64,000 nucleotides of DNA, taken from Lytechinus pictus (Eukaryota). A model generated the notes under the pieces. The model was given only the letters and a program-made list of their open reading frames with translations, did not search any database and was not told where the DNA came from. This document shows, in pieces, positions 1 to 12,600 of this stretch. The position numbers and the translations under genes are program-made. The first letter of the stretch is position 1. Every line of letters begins with the position of its first letter. The DNA is taken from contig NC_087251.1 of NCBI RefSeq assembly GCF_037042905.1, positions 35,156,001 through 35,220,000 on the forward strand, read 5' to 3'.

Positions 1-2334
1 TATGATATCAGGGCTCTACGTGTATACTTGACCCTGTAAACGGAGGAAGCATTAAGGCAAATTAATGTCAAAGTTGTTTCAAATGTGAAGGGGGTGATTA
101 CCGTGATAAATCCGTTGTTTAATCATTTTATATATCTGATTTTAAACAATTTCATATCTTTTATTTTGTTAATCAGCCTTCAACCAAGGTTTTGCTTTTT
201 GACGTCAATGTGTCAACAATAATGGCTTCTCTTTGGATTGATCGCTAATTAATCATCCTTGCTTATATTCCTGAATTTTATTGATTGAATTCGTTATTAT
301 AACCATTATAATCAAACGTGAATTTAGAAGTAGGTGAATGCTGGCTCTTTGTGATACTTATTGAAATTGAAATGACCGTGAGATTATTTGTTTTATTGCC
401 TTGATTATCAAAATTATGCACACTGCACACTGTATATAGCACACACATCGCGTGGCAGGCGACCAGTATTGCATCGTGAGTTGTTTAAAACAAAATTGTT
501 TGGGGTGCTGTGGCGTCATGTAATATCCAGGGTTGCCGTGAGTTCCGGTGGTTTTTTTTCCAGTTAATTGAATTATCCTTGTTTGTTTATGCATTTGATG
601 TGTATATATTATGCTAGTATGCTATGCAATTGTTACTGCTCTCATCTGTGTTACACGAATATGCTGGGGTATACCAATGAATGTAATTTTGATGCATAAT
701 TTTGCCAAGTGCGTATTGCTAAATCGTAACTCTAAATTAAGTTCATGGACCTGGCCATGGATGATTATGTATTGTTACTGGGGGGGGGGGGGGGGGGGGT
801 GCTGTGACAATGCTTATCACCCCAGTAACAATCCTCCGTGGTCAGGTCTCGGAATAAGTCGTAGAAAAGAATAAAAAAGCCCCCCTCTAAACAAAAAACT
901 AAAAAAAACGTAAACTGAATAGTGTGATAAAACCAGTGAATAAATCCTAAATATATTTACCCTTTGAGATTAAACAGCCATGAAAATACCTGTGCCATTA
1001 TGAACTTAAGATCTGAATTGAATTTATTACCAAATCTCAATCTCAAGATTAATCGTACAGTAAATGCATAACGTTTTGGAGGAGACTGATGAGGGGCTAG
1101 GTCTATATGGATAAAAAAAAAATCCAGATCGGCGGAGAATAATGATCAGTTGAACTCTGGATTTCATTTTAAATCCTATAGGTGTATTTTTAAATCTCAA
1201 ATGATTAGATTTAATATTGAAGTCTTAAATTCAAATATCCAAGGTTTCAAAGTTATTCGGTTTTTAATTAAAAAGGCATGCAATATAGAGTATTATAAGC
1301 TCTCTCATATCCATGTAATAATGTCCCGACGTGATTCTTAAAAGAAGTTATTCACAATTATGATAACTGTACTGAATGAATTATGGTCTCTTATTTTTAT
1401 CACTGTTGCAAGCAGATCACATATTGTCAAAATTTTTAAATGAAGTACAAGGAACATTAAATAAAACCTGATTCACACAATATGGAGAGAATTATGATCC
1501 CGATGTTTGCTCTATCACGATTTAAAATATATAATATATATTTCTTATATTTGAATGTCTGGTTTGCACTCCTTTTTCATACTAACGCATTCATTGTCAG
1601 CATGGCTGAATTGATTAGTATACAATAATTGTCACACTCATTTGCACGCATTTCTCTCTACATCTCTTCTCTTTTATGCTCTGTCGCTCATACTCACCAG
1701 CACCTGTCTCTTTCTTGCCATTGGCTTTTTATCATGTTTATTTATATATAAAAAACTGTCATATTCCATCGGCACTTTTATATTCATTTAGTTCAGCATG
1801 GTATATTTTACTTGTGAAGAACATTATTTTATATTTTCTGCCTTCTTTTCTATCTGAAGACGTAGCTATCCAGATGAAGTAAGGAAATGCTGAATGACTT
1901 AAATCTATTTAAGACATATTATAATACTTTATAATTATTACTATGTAGATCTCACACTCTCATAAGATAAAATGTAGTGGTTATTAATAAGAGCCGATCA
2001 GCATGTAAAAGTTAGATCAAAGTTTTCGGTCTCTGTTCCGTTCGTTTCAATCTCGATAAATAAATAAATCTCTAATAAAGACAGAAAACTTCGGTCTAAT
2101 TCTAATTAGTCTGTTGAATCGGCCCATTGAATTACTATCTGTTTTGTTCGACTTTGTTTTACCACCCCTCGGCCACACCATCCCCTCCCCCTTCTTCTGT
2201 TTGGATCATGAAGTGATGATGAACCCCTGGCCGGTCGATGAACAAAAACCCTTAAACATAAAAAATGATAACAAACCAAAGGCTATGAGTATCATTTCGG
2301 TAACAAACACGCTTTTATTTTCAACGTTAAATTA

Positions 2335-2480
2335 AGGTGGGCGTGGTGATGGGCGTGGTTCATGCATCCGGATACCCGGATCCGATCGCGATTGCTTGAT
2401 AAATTAAAAAGAAAAAAAACCCTGAAAAAAACACAGCATGACGTGACCGGTACTTGGAATTTGGCTTCGCGGAGCAGGTG
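2335..2480 (+). promoter_or_regulatory. Promoter-like CpG patch inside an LTBP intron
   Basis: Two GGGCGTGG GC boxes (2339-2358), TGACGTGA (CRE/E-box-like), local CpG enrichment, possible donor at 2478 or 2481. Confidence 0.4.
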
Positions 2481-3459
2481 GTAAAATCAAAGTTATTAAT
2501 TTAAGTTTTGTAACTTGTATATTCATCCAAATTTCTGTAACTTTAGTTGTTTTGGTAAATAGATTATTGCTATGAGAGTTGGGCCATTATTAGGCTGAAC
2601 ATTTGTCTAGAGATGGTTGAAAGTTTCGAACCTTGTACTCTGTAGTCCCATTAATGGGTTAAGATGTGAGGAATGTAGATTATATTACCAATTTACCAGT
2701 ATTATTAAAAGAGCTATGCGAGGTATATGGGGCCGTGTAACACTTTAACTAACTATAAGGGGCAACTATAAGTGTAACGTTAAAAAGTTAGTCATTCCAG
2801 TCATTCATTGTTTGAATTAAGTTTGAGTGAGGTAAACTAACATTAGTTCTGTTACTCAAATTAAGGTCTTATAGAATTTTTTTTTAGAACATATCAACTT
2901 TAAGTTTAACTTTAAAGTTTGATGTCAGCTTGATTGTCTAAGTTACTTAGACTAGATCATAGATGATCTAATTATAATCCTAGGCCTAATTTTGTTTATT
3001 TCATATTTCAAAAGACAAGCAAAATAATTTTGAATATGTTGCCGACACTAAACAGTCCTTGTCTACGTTAGTGTAAAACTATGTCTTAAAATGCATTACA
3101 GGATGGAATTTTAGTACAGTCATAGTGTGATCATTGAGTAACTGAGATGGGAAAACCAACTTTTTCCATATTCAATTTCAATATTTTCTTTAGAAATCAA
3201 TCATTTTTTAAAGGATTTCTAACAAAGTCTATGAATATGATTTTGAGAGATATAGTGTAAGACAACATTTAATGGGACTATACTTGTTTTGATCACCATG
3301 CTTGCTTCTCAGCTTACTAAAGAATTTCATCCCATAATGTATCATTAAACTAGTAATGAAAATTTCATAAGATGTATTTATTTGAGATCAGAGTGCAATT
3401 CGATCTAATTATCTCATGACGTCTCTTCTCCCTGTACATCCCTAATGATTCTCATTTAG

Positions 3460-3630
3460 TCAGTGCTATCGTCAGTTCCGGGAATCCTCGCCCAACACAG
3501 AATGTGGACCCGTGTGCCTCAAACGCCAGACTGTGCCTCAATGGACAGTGCATTAATACTGGGAATGGGGCTTATAGGTGTGAGTGTGGCAGGGGGTTTC
3601 ATCTCAGCTCAAGGGGGAGCCAGTGTATCG
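3460..3630 (+). CDS. LTBP: LTBP-like exon: end of linker + EGF
   Basis: tttag|tc...atcg|gtaag; [56 protein letters not shown]. Acceptor position is less certain than the donor. Confidence 0.85.
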
Positions 3631-6600
3631 GTAAGAATCGCTTTAGAATATATATCATGTCTGCAAGAGATTTTGGAAGCTCCCCAGGGGGTGGGGAAAG
3701 TGCATACATTGTGTGCGGGCAAGCAAGGATCTATTGATTGTCAATGGGGTAGGCCTAATATATTTTTCAACCACGTTGTTCCAATCTAGTATGAGCTACA
3801 TAAATTGGGAATAATTATTTTGAAATGGAAATTCTAAAAAAAATTCATGGATTTAAAATTTAAGGGGAAAAACATTGATTCCTCATTTCATTACCCCCCC
3901 AAAAAAAACACACAAAAATTGACTGCTTTGACAACATGTATATATTTTGATTGAGGGAGTGACATCATTTTGAGTATGATAAATACTCTAACAACACCAT
4001 AAATTTACCTTTTAGCACTGCCATACAGATGGGGTGGGGGGGGGGGGGGCGGCGGCGCTTGGGAGCCATGAACCCCCAAAACGTTCCTGGACCAAGGAGA
4101 AAAATAGGAAAAAAGGAGACAATGAAATTAATGCAAAACTAAAATATAATACCATATTCTGAATGATAATATTGTAATCTATCCCCAAATTAAATTTTTG
4201 CTTTAAAAAGGTCAACAATTTGGTCATAGCTTCTTAGAAATTTTGCAAATTACAGGATGTCGTGTCTGGCCTCCTAAAAAATTCTGGGGCTATTATGCTC
4301 CTGCCTTATAGTTGGGGAGGTTTTTTTTTAGTGAATTGGATGTCTGTAGAATCTTGTTGTTTCTTACCTCATTTCCATCTCATTCGACGGGTTATTGAAA
4401 TCTTATAATGGGGGATAATTTTTAAGATTTTGTTTCTTTTCCTTCATTCATAGATCAGTATACTTTAGACTAATTATGTCTTGCAGTCCAAAAGTGTACA
4501 TCAAACTTTTTTTTTGGGGGGGTCCTTTGCTAATGCATGCCTCATATTGTGGAATAACCTTTCTGAAGAAAAAAAATGTATCTCTATTGAGTTTAAAACA
4601 AATCTTATTAAAACATTTTTTATTAGATTCTTAGCTCTTTGTGCACCTTGAACTCTCTACAGATTTCATTTGGAGCTTAATGGACCGTATTTTCAAAAGA
4701 GATTTCAATTGTTATGCAAATTTCTCATTATTGTGCTTCCCTCTTAGCGCCCTTTGCCAAGCATTAGCTTTGGCGAGCATTATTGAGTTTTTCTTAGTGT
4801 AAGCCATGAAATAAGCATAATTATATACGAAATCCTGCATTGTCTATGTTTTTGTATCTAGGTACAATTGAAACCTCTTTCAATAATATGGGCCTGTAAG
4901 TGCCATTATGATTCTTATTGTAAGTCACACCAAACAAGCACTTGTATTTATTACTTGTATCTTTGTGTGATTTTGTGACAGATGTGAATGAATGCAGTGA
5001 CTCAAGGGGTATCTGCAATGGTGGACGATGTCTTAACACGTACGGTAGCTACCATTGTATCTGTTCCCAGGCTAGAGGACTGGTTTTGAGAGATGGAACC
5101 TGTAAAGGTAAGATGGCCGTTTATCAGGGGCCAGTTTCATGAAGTGCTATAGATAGCGATGGTGGGGGCGTCGTGGTCTAGTGGTTACAACTCTCGTCTA
5201 TCAATCGGAGGGACGTGGGTTCGAATCCCAGCCATAGGTTGTTTTCCTTAAGCAAGACATTTACCCACATAGTGCAAGAGGATATTTATCATCAATAATA
5301 GGAACCTTATCAAGAGCCTTTGCAACATCTTTGAATAAAAAATCTCACTCAGAGTAAATACATCATTTACTTTTGAATGATCACAAAAGTAATAGTCCAA
5401 ATTATTTTGTGCAGATGAAGTTATGACATGTATCTTATTGATTTCATCAGATTCATATTTTCCCCATATTTTTGCCCCAATGGGCAATTTTATTTTTAAT
5501 AAAAAAATTTGCATGATTAAAGTAGTTATATAACATGAATTATTCCAGCAGATTCAAGGGTTAATAGAGCAGATCTTGATCACATTGCTATGGATAAAGT
5601 GTTTTCATTTCAGGGCCACTGTTACTGTAGGCCTCTGGAAATGAATATGAAAGTATCTTTATTGAAAATTCAATTGCAAACCAGATGGATGAATTGCAAA
5701 ATATATACAGCATAAATCATTATAAAAATTGTTAATGAATTACAATAAATTGATTTGATTCAGCAAATCATTTTAGAGATGACACAAAGAAGAAACAAAG
5801 AATTAAGTGAATCAGTTATGTAACAAAAATTTAGAAAAAAATGGGTAGGGTTGAAATCAGATATTACTTTGTAAATGCGATGGTGAATAGTGCATGTAGA
5901 GTTGTTGAGTGTGTTGCCTGATATTGTCTGCTGGAATGCATGGGGCCGATCTATCATTCTCACGTTATTAGATTTATTCCGTCTGTCTTTAGACAATGCT
6001 TGCCCACTTTGAAGCAGGTTTTGATAATAACCACTCCTTGGTAATAACTTTATATTGATTCCATTATTTTGGGGTTATTGACGGTTAGACATGCATATGT
6101 ATAACATACAAGGTTACCTTCCACCTGTTTTCACTGCACCTCTGTGTAAACTACGCCGATTCAATTAGCAAATTAAAATTTACAGCGTTTATTTTCTTGC
6201 CAAAGAAACATTGTCATGATGTAATCATGTGATGATCAGTGGAGCATTATACCTGTTGGTTTTGTCGATGAACCAATTGTCCTGGTGTTAAGTTTTTCTG
6301 GCAGGCTGTCAATTAGATTTAAAGAAGGTAGATACTGATGAATCATCTTTTTATTTTGAAATATGAAAAGATAAAGATGATATGAAGGAGTGATGGCAAC
6401 AGAGAACAGAGTCAAACCAGGGATGGAAACAATTTTTACTTTTTAAAAGATATATTTTATTTCATAATGGGGTGATTGCTGAAATTTTGGGGCTGCGTTT
6501 ATTTCATTCAAAGAAAGACTCCCTACTAGTATTAGCCTGACAAGCAATTATCCAGTAAATGAACATAAATATATTTCCTTTTTAAATCTTATTTCATTTT

Positions 6601-9600
6601 TAGATCTTGGGGCGACTTTTGAATAGATGGTCGCCCCCAAAGCACTAAATTTAGCAACTTTTGGAAACATTATTTAGGGGATGAGGGTGAAATCCCAATC
6701 GCCACCATCTACCCTTTATGCTGGAACAAACCCATGCTCGTTTTACGACTGTATACATGCAGTGCACTATCCTTCACAGACACATAAGTTGTTCGAATTA
6801 CCCCAGAAGGACATCCATGAGTTATCAAGTCAGTTACCTTTACACATCCTATTAATCCCACAGAATTCTGATTAATGTGTCCTTATCTCGATAGTAGATT
6901 CCTCTGACTTCCTCTCTTTAATTTTGTTGAAACACAGGAAAAGTGAGGGTTTTCTCCTATTTTGTAAAGTAAACAGTCATTTCTTTTTTAAAAGGAAGGG
7001 TTAATGTTGTGAACTGTGATCGGAGCAGGTTGTCTGGCAGTGCTTGTCTTGATGATGAATGTTCTGTAACAGTTGTAGGATGTCACAAGTTGAATGCCCT
7101 TGATGACATGTAGTGTTGTATGTAGTAATATCAGCAGAAACTTTGAGAAACTGTCACTTGTCTTCCTCTATGAGATGTAGAAGGACAATTCTGTCCTCAA
7201 ATAATGAAAAGAAAAAAAAACTCTTATTTTTTGTTTCAAAATCGTGTTTTTGCTTGATTTGGGAATTTTTCTCAGTGCTGTACAAGATGAGAATTGGAGT
7301 CAAATAAGTCCCCATTTCTGACATATGGATGTATCAAAAGCTAGTGACTCTATATATTTCCACATTAAACGATGACACGTTTTCTCATTTACTAAGAAAC
7401 TCATTCCACAGAGTTGCTTGCCGTTGTCATCCTAGGGATAGCAAAATCAAAGTTTTCAGGATTGATTGATAATTTGACTTTGTATCATTTGGTGCCAAAT
7501 GACATCAGCAGTATGTTAAAAACTAAAGGCCGCAAGTTATCTTAGTTTTGCAAGGAGACCTTATCTGTGACCTTGATTGTCCTGTAATGATCTATTGATT
7601 CAATGTGTTGACTTGATTTGGAGCACACTATTATTTTCTGAATTGTTACTAATTGAATTATATTGACCTCAAAGTAAGTGTTAATTGATTCATGATGCCT
7701 GGTATTTTATATTATATTCCTTTCAATGATTCTGCAACATTTTTCACAGGATAAAATCAAGAGAAATTAAATGAACTAAAAACAAAACAAATCAAATATT
7801 GTATGATCTACTTGCAATTATACTTTTGATAGTCGGGTTTTCCAAGGGTAAACTGTAGTTTGTGTACATAAAATCAAGTGCAATTGACTACAAATATTGA
7901 TAAAAGAACATCTCAAGTCTATGATAGTTCATTCTAAGTAAAACAAGAAAAACAAAATGATATTTATGTATGCCTTTTTGAGAATTTTCGTCAGTTTCTC
8001 ATTTCATTTTGGGTAGTTTTGGGTGGAATTCTTGGATATACATTTCATACACGATGGGCTTATGTATAAGCAACAATATCCCATGTTAAACTGAATTTGG
8101 CCAATAGATGGACTTGGGGCTGTTATTTAAATTCCTTTTTTTATAAACTATGCCTTGGGACAGTTTCCTTGCATCCAGATCCAGTGTCACATTCATGATA
8201 AATATTGACGATAAAAGACTGTCTTTGCAGGTCAATCAGCCTTTTTGTGTCTAAAAAAAGAGACGAGTGTACAGGAAAGTGATTAAAATGAAGGACATTC
8301 TAAGTAAACAGGAATAAGATAAAAGGAAGATGGAAATGGGAAAAGTTTGTTGAATAGTTTGTAGCTCAAAGGCAAGCTCAAAGATACTTAGCAGGAGGGT
8401 GCAGATGCCTCCTGATAGAATCTTAAGGCTTGTTTCAGGCTGACTCAAAGTTCAAGAATACAAGGTATTCTTTGATCATAATTAGGGAATTAACCCTGAT
8501 TACCTTTGAATCAGATAATACCAGGCATTTTTGCCAGTATGAGAGCAAAATAGAACTTTGTACAGTTCTGAAAAAAACATACCTGCTTTATGGTAGGGAG
8601 TGGTCAAAATTTGCAAAATAGATCCTGAGGTTGTGGTAATTTGGCAGTGTGTGAAAGCAAATTTTGAGAACTTGTCTACCATCAATCACAGTGATGTGAA
8701 ATATTGAATATGTTGGGCGCAGGCATGGTCGGGCTGCTGAGCTAGCGGTTTTGAATGTTGTGTCTGTCTGCTACTCAGACTGCGCTTGCTCATATGCTCA
8801 AGAACTACACCATCTCTGGTTCAGGCGGGTACATGAATGTGGGAAATCATTATCAATATCGGGTATTTAGAGTACTAAACAAGTTCTCGTAAATTTTACA
8901 GGTATTCTGGTGAATGAGCGGTCAGAATACATGCCTCATGTTATTTTTTCAATCCATAAGTAAATCAAGGTTGCAGTTTCAGTTTAATGAGCATTCATTG
9001 ATGAGGAAGCCAAGAGCTTGTGGTTGTATCATATTTTTTCAACTCTTTTCCATCACGTACATTCTGTATCTCCATTCAGAGTGTTGTATGTTTGTCGAGA
9101 ATCGTTGACATTGAGAAGAAACCACCAATCCTTTCCCAAAATAGATCCATGCGACTGTTGCCCACAGTGAGACAGTACAGTGACATGGGAAACAGAAATT
9201 ACAGTGCTGAGATGACGATAAAAAAAAAATGTCTTTGGAAATGTAAATTGTTAGAATCTTGATTTTTCTTTATGAGGGGATGGGAATGGAGCCAAGTTGG
9301 ACATGGGCCTAACAATGTCTCCCGGAGAATGAGGATGAGTGAATCGAGGCAGCTTGGCATGTGCTCTGATCTATCATTAATGTCACCAGGGGGCCGTTTC
9401 ATAAAGCTGTTCGTAAGTTAAGAGCGACTTTAAGAAAGACTGGTGATCCTTTCTTGCGCGCTAAACCATTACAATGAACATATTGCTTAATAGGCTACCA
9501 TTTTCCACAAGAAAGGACACCAGTAGTTCTTAAAGTCGCTCTTAACTTACGAACAGCTTTATGAAACACCCACGCGGTCGTATAAAGAGTTGCAATTGAT

Positions 9601-12600
9601 CCAACTGATCCAAACAACTGGCAATCTGTCAATACTTAAGTCTATTTGTATTTTTTTATTTTCACAATCTGATAAATACCAGTATACAATAGTATAAACA
9701 TTCAGAAATACATTCAAAATATTAAAGGGTACAACATGATAAATAAAACTGAAACTGGTGGGATTAGCAAGAGCCCTGAAAGATCTTTTGAAGGTCAATC
9801 CCTGCATGCATGGATTTGAGAGAATAACAGCAACTTCAAAACAAGAACAAAGGGAATGGGGAATGTGAGATGAACTGATAGGTGATTTGATGGGAATTAC
9901 ATGTCCATTCAAATTGGTTTTTAATATACATGCATGTATCATTAATTTTAATAACGCATCAGTGTGCTTTGCTGTACATATCATTTGATAAGAATTATGA
10001 CATTACAATTTCCATAATTGAGATTGATCTAATCAATTGCAGCTATTTTGTGATAGTATGCAGCGCTTAATAACATTTGTATAAAGCGCTATATAAATGT
10101 TGTATAATATTATTAATATTATTATTATTTTGTAAGACAGGGACCTGAAGGTATGTTTCTTATTTGAAAATGATGAAGAGAAATTGAAAAGGATGAACTT
10201 TTAGATAATAAAGACATCAAAGGACATGCTGATTTTTTAAAGAGTTTTATGAAGATGAGGCGTAGAAGGATACAGGGGGAAAGTAGACAGGAATACCTAG
10301 ATAAAGAAAAATTCAGTTTGAAAATCTATGTAACTGACTTCACTTTCAGAATGTTAGCAACTGTTTGTGCCAGGATGAGCGCAAAGAATGATCATTTAAT
10401 TTCCTCTTGTCCGAAACTGTGCTAATCTGATTTGCAGAAATATTTTCATACATAGAAATACTCCCAGCATAGAAAACAGATTACATTATCTTGAAATGTG
10501 TTGGTTGATGTCTTTTTTTCTCTCTCTTCCAAATTCATCTTTCTCAGTGGGGTGTGTAACCTTTTATTAAAGCTATTTTGATCATAGTATTGCCCTTTTT
10601 TAAATAAAGACAACAATAAAAAGACAGTTTCATGACCTCATTTTTTTTTTCAGATTAATTTTTTACAAGTATGTTTTTCTATCAAACTTCCAAATTGACC
10701 TGTATTTGTATTTAATTTACGACTGACTTCTCCTTCCCAGAGACAGGGAGTCTTGATATAAAACTGAATATTTCATTGAGACTTTGTTTTCATTTCTACC
10801 AGGGTTACGTGCTTGCTAACCCAAATGCCTAATTAATTTTAGCATGTGCTATGAAACACCAATATTTAGAGATGCCACTCTTCCTTAAGTGTGCAGTTTG
10901 TCACGTGGCACAGAGGATAATGTCTTGAGACGGCACGGCGGGTGGGGGAGGGAAACAAATTAGTGGCCTAGATCTTGACCTGATTTTGCAGCAATTTAGT
11001 AATGTCGCTTTTTACAGAGTTCCACCAAATTTCCAGAGTGAGTGAACAGGTTTTAAGGTTAATTGGCTATCACAAGATGTCTTATGGCCTTGAACAATGA
11101 AATGATTTAAACGATGCTTGTTAAGGATTGTTGCCGATTGAAAGCATGTTTGATGATATATGCGTGTCAGTCAATTTTTTTCCATCTGCAAATGTCACCT
11201 TAGAGGATAATAATCAGAGACATTTACAGACTGAAATAGTGCTTGGGTCAACTTCTTTAACTCGCCAGTTCATGAAATTGAGGTCAGGCTGTATTTGAAC
11301 TTTATTTGAGTGATGATAATGCTACATTTAGGTATATATTTCATGCATTCTCTCTTGTGAAAAATCATTTTTAATTGAATAAAAAAATCTCTAAAATATC
11401 AATATTATGAATTGATTGAATTCATTATCAAGCCTTAGATCCTAACTAGTACCGTAAGTAACGGTGTATTAACCGCACCCGTGTATAAACCGCACCCCCG
11501 ACTTTTGATTCTGTCCCGCCGAGAAATAGGTGCGGTTAATACACCGTTACTTACGGTACTTCCAAATTTTTCATCTGTTTTGTTATCATTTATTTGTTAC
11601 TCTTGTGTCATTTCATCACAATTCAACTATCTATCATTTTCTTCTTAATAATAGATAAACAATGGGGTGAGGGGTAATGGGGTGTGACTTTTCAAATTTG
11701 ACAATGTGATAAGGAATGATTTCAAATGTTCATGGATTTATTTTTTTATTTCTAGTATCTGAAGTATGTTTATCAAATTCTAGATATGATACAGTATTGA
11801 TATCGCACATTTGCTTTTACGTTTTCAATGATATTTGTAATGTATTTTAATTGCTAATTTATGACTTGAATGAATATGAATCTAATGTATTTTCTCTCTT
11901 TCTTTTTCATTATTCTATTTATGCAGATATCGATGAATGTACTGTTAGGAATGTGAACCCATGTGGAGAGTATGTATGTCAAAACACATTAGGAAGCTAC
12001 CACTGCTTGAGAACTGAATGCAGTGATGGTTACAGATATGATTTGACTCATCAAAGATGTGTAGGTAAGTTAAAAACAATGAAGATATGACAATTTTTTG
12101 TTAAAATGATATTTTATTTCTTCAGAGATAATCACAAAAAGTCATACGCAACAAAGTATTGTATATAAAATAAACAAACAAATAAGAGCATGAAATGTGT
12201 AATTTTATTATCAGCATTTATTTTCTTCTAATTTATGGTGTATTGTTTATATCTGTTTTATTTCAATTTGTGCAAATGTATTCTTAAAATCACATGATGA
12301 TACATGTAAAATTAACTTCCTCCTAGTTTTCATTAGATATACATATATTATGTTGGAATTGTTAATCTTGTTTGAATTAGATAGAAAGTGACTGATCGTT
12401 GAGAAATCTCAGATATCCTGAAGTCACAATAGGTGGTTTCAGACCGCCTCGAAGTTCGCCAGTTCCAGGTATTCTCTGATCGGGAAATTTACCCCGATCA
12501 GAAAATACCAGGTATTTTGGCGGTCTGAAAGCAAACTACGCGTAATATCCCCGAAAGAAAATACCCGATAAATAGTAGGTACTTGGCGAAATTACGAGAA

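Noticed and set aside
5164..5236. Possible tRNA gene
   Set aside because: Has A and B boxes but no complete acceptor stem and continues into a SINE-like body.
7030..7115. TGGCAGTG (miR-34-like seed) and TGATGA (C-box-like) motifs
   Set aside because: No supporting hairpin, mature-miRNA match or terminal D box visible.
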